DNA of 37,852 nucleotides from Octopus sinensis. Lineage: Eukaryota. Where the stretch lies: assembly GCF_006345805.1 (NCBI RefSeq), contig NW_021835840.1:1-37852 (forward strand), read 5' to 3'. The first letter of the stretch is position 1. Each line of letters opens with the position of its first letter. Of the stretch, positions 32,427 to 37,852 are shown piece after piece. A program made the position numbers and the translations under genes. The notes under the pieces are model-generated. The model made no database searches and was not told the DNA's origin. It was given only the letters and a program-made list of their open reading frames with translations.

Positions 32427-32740
32427 CTTGTAATTTCAGTTCAGTGCTGTGGCCCTGCTGATGCACCACCGCTGGGGGGCATGAAGCCACCACACACTTA
32501 GACCCGCATGCACAGTGCAGTGGCTGCTGCGATGGGCTGTATGCGTCTGCCTCGCTCTAATAATCATGCTGCGACCAATGCTGAAGGCTGACCGTATTGT
32601 CGTGACCGGGGGGTGATTGTAGGTGTACCACCCTGGACCAGCCGAGTGGGCGGCGGTGACACCGTGAAGACACGACAGCTGCCGAAAGCAGTTTTTCGGC
32701 CTGACACCCAGGTGCAACCTGCGATCATGGCTTCGCTTGC
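32427..32740 (-). mobile_element. Unclassified GC-rich element whose 3' end resembles that of SINE family A
   Basis: Minus-strand end GGTGGTGCATCAGCAGGGCCACAGCACTGAACTGAAA resembles SINE A GGCGGTGCTCCAGCATGGCCGCAGTCAAATGACTGAAA. Confidence 0.45.
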
Positions 32741-32999
32741 ATGTATTATATATATATATAAACGAATGGTTGCATGTATATATATATTTTCAACTAGCAA
32801 TAACCACGCCTCAGATTTACCTCACTGGCCATGGCACCACCACTATATATATATATGTGTATATATATATGTATATATATATATATATAAAGGAATGGTT
32901 TACACCTGGTACCTTGCTAGTAAAGCATGGTCACTTTCACAGTGTTTGTTAGTTATATGGCAAATGGAAGATGGAATATATGAGAATTTATTATTAATC

Positions 33000-33100
33000 A
33001 CGACAATTGTTTCGACACATCTAGTATCAATCCCTCATCAGTGGGATGCTCTACAACTGGTTTCGGAGCATCTGGCAGTGTAGATGTATCTCGTCAGGGG
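33000..33100 (-). ncRNA. Two tandem degenerate hammerhead-like motifs (56-nt spacing), Penelope-like remnant
   Basis: CTGACGA (rc 33091-97)...GAAAC (rc 33060-64), and CTGATGA (rc 33035-41)...GAAAC-AATT-GTC (rc 33002-13). Stems I and II are imperfect. Confidence 0.5.
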
Positions 33101-33440
33101 ATAAATTGATCCAACTTGTTAGAATAACAGTTCTGCAATGTAACTTGTTGCATTGTAGACAGAAAAACAGCTAGACGGAGGAAATATCTTCATTTATACA
33201 GAAGATCAAAAATAAAATCACAGATGGAAAAAAAGAAAAACGAACACTCAATCCAGTGAGAAAAGTATTAAAAATAACCGTTAACAGATATGTATGTATA
33301 AAAACCCTTGGGCAAGCTGCATGGCGCAAGTACACTCACTCATACAAGCATCTGCGAAAATGTGAGTATATGCACATGTGAGGTTTGATGCACTCATGGT
33401 CATAAAGCAAGTTAACTATCTATTTGGTGTTTGTAAGAAT

Positions 33441-34376
33441 CTAGAATAAGAATAGCCTGGGCAAAGTTCAGAGAGCTCTTACCTCTGCTGGTGACAAAAG
33501 GCCTCTCACTCAGAGTAAAAGGTAGACTGTATGATGCAAGTGTACGAACAGCTATGCTACATGGCAGTGAAATGTGGGCCGTGACTGCTGAGGACATGCA
33601 TAACCTTGAAAGGAATGAAGCCAGTATGATCCGATGGGTGTGTAATATCAATGTGCATACTCAACAGAGTGTTAGTGCTTTGAGAGAAAGGTTGGACCTA
33701 AGAAGCATCAGATGTGGTGTGCCAGAGAGACGACTCTGCTGGTATGGTCATGTGGCGAGAATGGATGAGGATAGCTCTGTGAAAAGTGCGATACCCTAGT
33801 GGTTGAGGGAACCTATGGAATGAGGTAGACCCAGGAAGACCTGGGATGAAGTGGTGAAGTCCGACCTTCGAACATTAGGCCTCACCGAGGCAATGACTTG
33901 TGATCAAGACTTTTGGAAATATGCTGTGGTTGAGAAGACCCAACAAGCCAAGTGAAACCATATGCCAGGTCTATGCCAGGGGTGTAACCAGCCCACTATG
34001 TGTACCTTTCCTTCATTGGACACTAATTTCTGCTCGCGAAGACCTGTTGAGGCAAGTGAAATCGAAATGAAATTCGATGACTGGCATCCATGCTAGTAGA
34101 GCACTAAGAGTACCATCCGAGCATGATCATTGCCAGAGCAGCTGAGTGGCTTCCATGCCGGTGGCACGTAAAAATCATCATTCGAGCATGATCATTACCA
34201 GCGCCACCTCACTGGCACTTGTGCCAGTGGCACGTGAAAAAACATTCGAGTGAGGGCATTGCCAGTGCAGCTGGGCTGGCTCCTGTGCAGGTGGCATGTA
34301 AAAAACAACATTTGAGTATGGCCATTGCTAGTACCGCCTGAATGACCCTCATGCCGGTGGCACATATAAGCACCTG
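33441..34376 (+). mobile_element. RTE LINE 3' fragment (same family as 3288-6292) with 3' UTR modules
   Basis: RIRIAWAKFRELLPLLVTKGLSLRVKGRLYDASVRTAMLHGSE...WYGHVARMDED...GRPRKTWDEVV, then GACCTGTTGAGGCAAGTG and 4-5 GGTGGCAC.T.AAAA modules. Confidence 0.92.
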
Positions 34377-34692
34377 AGTCCATCGATGGATAATGGATTT
34401 GCTGGGTGCTGATAAAAGAGCAAGACCCTCTAAAATATGTATATACAATATTACTTAGTTTTCCAATTCGATGTATTCGGATATGAAACATTGTAACAAA
34501 TCAGGGCTGGCTAGAATTTCTATCGCAAATCTGTAAAGATAACCTTAACAAGTGATGGAAATAGCAATGTAACATATTGGATGTATCAATTTTACATATT
34601 AAACACATTTTTGGAAACTGGTACATAAATACTAATGACCTGTAGAGACCCTGTATTTCATTATACAACCATAATATGCTACCAAGTGTATT

Positions 34693-34927
34693 TCTTTCTT
34701 TACTACCCACAAAGGGCTAAACACAGAGGGGACAAACAAGGACAGACAAAGGGATTAAGTCAATTACATCGACCCCAGTGCGTAACTGGTACTTAATTTA
34801 TCGACCCCCGAAAGGATGAAAGGCAAAGTCGACCTTGGCGGAATTTGAACTTGGAACGTAATGACAGACAAAATATGGCAACACATTTCGCCCGGTGTGC
34901 TAACGTTTCTGCCAGCTCTTCGCTTTG
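34693..34927 (-). mobile_element. SINE family B, complete, with a 17-bp TSD
   Basis: ATGCTACCAAGTGTATT occurs at 34676-34692 and 34928-34944. Confidence 0.92.
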
Positions 34928-34944
34928 ATGCTACCAAGTGTATT

Positions 34945-35335
34945 AAAGGTTTAGATAAATATTATCTCCTACCTGTGTTAGCAGTGCAACATTTATGTTT
35001 AATGGAGTAGATAATTTCTGGTCCTGCTGTACCTTTCATATGGTTGTCAGGACAATCCTTTCTGCACATAACATTATAGATTGTTTTTGTGACAGTGTCA
35101 TATCTCATGGGAAAATCATATTTTTCAGATATTTTTAGACAGCTGCTGGTGATATGGTTGATATCTTTCGCATTTCTATGGCATAATCGACATTTTCCAT
35201 CACAGCAGGGAGGTCAAGAGCCATTTATATCTCTCTGGCTGATCAGATATTTTAGTAGCTGTCTCCTGTTCGTAGATAGCTCTATGAAGTGCATTCCACA
35301 AGTGGTGAGACTCTTTTAGAAGAATCAGTTGTAGT
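34945..35335 (-). pseudogene. Remnant of an RLE-type (R4/Dong-like) non-LTR retrotransposon C-terminus
   Basis: With one frameshift it reads AIYEQETATKYLISQRD...CDGKCRLCHRNAKDINHITSSCLKISEKYDFPMRYDTVTKTIYN, i.e. a QEQ-like motif followed by a CCHC knuckle. Confidence 0.6.
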
Positions 35336-35336
35336 T

Positions 35337-35742
35337 CTTTACTCTCTTTTACTCTTTTACTTGTTTCAGTCATTTGACTGCGGCCATGCTGGAGCACCGC
35401 CTTTAGTCGAGCAAATCGACCCCAGGACTTATTCTTTGTAAGCCTAGTACTTATTCTATCGGTCTCCTTTGCCGAACCGAGTTACGGGGACATAAACACA
35501 CCAGCATCAGTTGTCAAGCAATGCTAGGGGGACAAACACAGACATACAAACACAGACACACACATATATATATATATATGACAGGCTTCTTTCAGTTTCC
35601 ATCTACCAAATCCACTCACAAGGCTTTGGTCAGCCCGGGGCTATAGCAGAAGACATTTGCCCAAGATGCCATGCAGTGGGACTGAACCCGGAACCATGTG
35701 GTTGGTTAGCAAGCTACTTACCACACAGCCACTCCTGCACCT
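35337..35742 (-). mobile_element. SINE family A, full length
   Basis: All modules are present. Confidence 0.93.
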
Positions 35743-35776
35743 AGATTATTGTAATTTCAGCATATGATTACTATAC

Positions 35777-36097
35777 AGGCTCGTGGCTTAGTGGTTAGAG
35801 CATTCGGTTCACGATCGTTAGGTTGTGAGTTCAATTCCTGGCGACACGTTGTGTCCTTGAGCAAGACACTTTATTTCACATTGCTCCAGTCCACTCAGCT
35901 GGCAAAAATCAGTAGTACCTGTATTTCAAAGGGCCGGCCTTGTCACACTTTGTGTCATACTGAATCTCCCTGAGAACTACATTAGGGGTACATGTATATG
36001 TGGATTGCTCAGTCACTTGTACCTTAATTTCATGAGCAGGCTGTTCTGTTGATCCTATCAGCTGGGACCCTCGTCGTCATAAACAATGGAGTGTTCC
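35777..36097 (+). mobile_element. tRNA/CORE-type SINE (family C)
   Basis: A box TGGCTTAGTGG, B box GTTCAATTCC, then CORE-like TTGTGTCCTTGAGCAAGACACTTTATTTCACATTGCTCCAGTCCACTCAGCTGGCAAAAA. Confidence 0.8.
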
Positions 36098-36189
36098 TAC
36101 TATACATCTAATAAGCTGACCTGCCAACTTTTGTTATTCCAGATTGAAGGGGACAGTTATAACAGAATTTTTGAACCCTACTTGTCATA

Positions 36190-36677
36190 GCTGTAATGAC
36201 ATACATAAGATCTGGTCATCAAATCTAAGTAGAGACTTCAAACTTGAAATCTTCAAAGCCCCAGTCGAACCAATTCTACTATATGGCTCAGAAACCTGGA
36301 CGTTATCAAAGAAGCTTGAGAGGCGGTTGGATGGAACTTACACTCGCCTCCTTATGAGAGCTCAAAATCTCTCGTAGAAGCGTCATCCAACCAAAATGCA
36401 AATATATGGGAAACTACCACCTGTGTCATCTCTTGTGAAAGGTAGGAGAGTCCAGTTTGCTGGACATTGGTGTAGAGCTGAAAAAGAAGTAATCTCTACT
36501 CTTCTCCTCTGGAAGCCATCTACTCGCAATACCAGAGGGCACACACTCTCCTACCCTGATGTAATCTCCGGGGATACAGCAACAGGACGTCCGTAATGCT
36601 ATGATGGACCGTGAAGTCTGGCGTAGCATGGTAAATTCCATTGTCTCGACCACGGTCGAACAAGGATGATGATGATG
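36190..36677 (+). mobile_element. RTE-group LINE 3' fragment (a different family from 3288-6292) with (GAT)n tail
   Basis: CNDIHKIWSSNLSRDFKLEIFKA.VEPILLYGSETWTL...LDGTYTRLLMRAQNLS*KRHPTK.QIYGKLPPVS......RR.QFAGH..R...E.IS.LLLWKP. Confidence 0.85.
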
Positions 36678-36708
36678 TCACAGCTGACTTGCTTGTGTAA
36701 TATACATA

Positions 36709-37390
36709 GAATTAGAGATTATTCCTTGTGGCTAATGACGCGAGTCCTGATTGGAAGAAGAAGAGGCAGCAATGGCAGTACCCCTAACGACAACAACAGC
36801 ATCATCATCAGCGGCTTCCCTAATGGTTACCTCTACAACAGCAGATTTGTGAGTGTTTATTGAGCAAAAACACCTAAGGGGTTAGGTGTTGAACCCCGCT
36901 GTACTCTTCCACCACAACTTTCTCTCACTCTTTCTTCCTACTTCTGCCACAAAGCAGAGGAACCATGGTGTAACCCACTATGGTGTGGTAAACTTTCAGA
37001 CCCTAGTCTAGATTGCGAATCCTCTGTACCCCAGGATGGTTCAACTCTCCACCCGTTAAAAGCCACCGTTTACAGAATGAGGTGGCTTTCACACCTGTGC
37101 AACCGCCAGTCCATCGCGTGTGGTGGGTGGACCTTCAAGTTGCCACACGCATTCTTAGTAGCTTGGAGTAGGCTCGAATTAGAGATTATTCTTTGTGGCT
37201 AATGGCGTGGGTCCTGATTAGAAGAAGAAGACAACAGCACCTTTACCAACACCGGCAGTGGTGGCACCAACACCATCGCCACCTCAAATCATGCTAACAC
37301 CAGCAATGCTGGCACCAAAAATGGCAGTCCCAGCAACAGCGGTGGTAGCAACGCCATTACCAACAGACACACCACTGCCAACACCTGACC
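36709..37390 (+). repeat. Two 56-bp direct repeats, each followed by (GAA)n and CAN-rich tails; probable tandem retroelement 3' ends
   Basis: 36709-36764 and 37176-37231 match at 51 of 56 positions. Confidence 0.6.
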
Positions 37391-37852
37391 ATGAGATACA
37401 TCGGCTGTTCCAGGAACTTGTTTAAACAATGCCTCTCCAACCACATTTCCTCCTTATTTTTGATTTATTATTATTATTATTATTATTACTAGTATTGTTG
37501 TTATACATACATACATACAAGCATATGTAATGATAATAATAAGTGGATGTAAACACATGAACAAAATAAGAATAAACAAAAACAACAACAAAAACAAATT
37601 ACATGAACATATATAAACAGAAGATACAAATATTACAGACATCCCCCCCACATACACACACTAACTAAACATAGATGCACAGAGAGATATACGAATGCGC
37701 AAATGAAGACATACAATAGAAATACAAAATGGCTGACGGTTAGTAAGGAGAGACACAAATAAGAAAGAAGAAAACAAAGGACCACTGATGCGGTCACAGG
37801 AGTGTGAAGAAAGAACTCTGGCCAAAATAAGATTAAGATAAAAAATAAATAA

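Overview
Repeat-saturated, AT-rich eukaryotic DNA, most consistent with an Octopus (coleoid cephalopod) intron or intergenic region. The taxon call is inferred from the tRNA-derived SINE families and the very high (TA)n/(CA)n/(CAT)n load. No host protein-coding exon could be confidently identified. Nearly all ORFs in the supplied track are artefacts of microsatellites or SINEs. The real coding remnants are decayed transposon ORFs: RTE-clade LINEs (one ~3-kb 5'-truncated copy with a PHD-type finger inside the RT region), a CR1/L2-type LINE 3' end, an RLE-type (R4/Dong-like) LINE remnant and two maT (DD37D) Tc1/mariner fragments. Also present are about 18 copies or fragments of one microsatellite-bearing SINE, a second and a third SINE family, a hAT-like MITE, a long-TIR MITE and a Helitron-type element. 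The most interesting signal is a set of Penelope-type minimal hammerhead ribozyme (HHR) motifs at four loci. One is complete (12714-12771). Another pair sits in a palindromic, TSD-flanked element in which a tRNA-like Pol III head reads into the hammerhead (26001-27140). Other notable structures are an RTE 3' UTR made of variable-number two-hairpin modules, retroelement (GAT)n tails expanded into kb-scale arrays, and several long inverted repeats able to form dsRNA. All calls were made by eye; no searches or folding programs were run.
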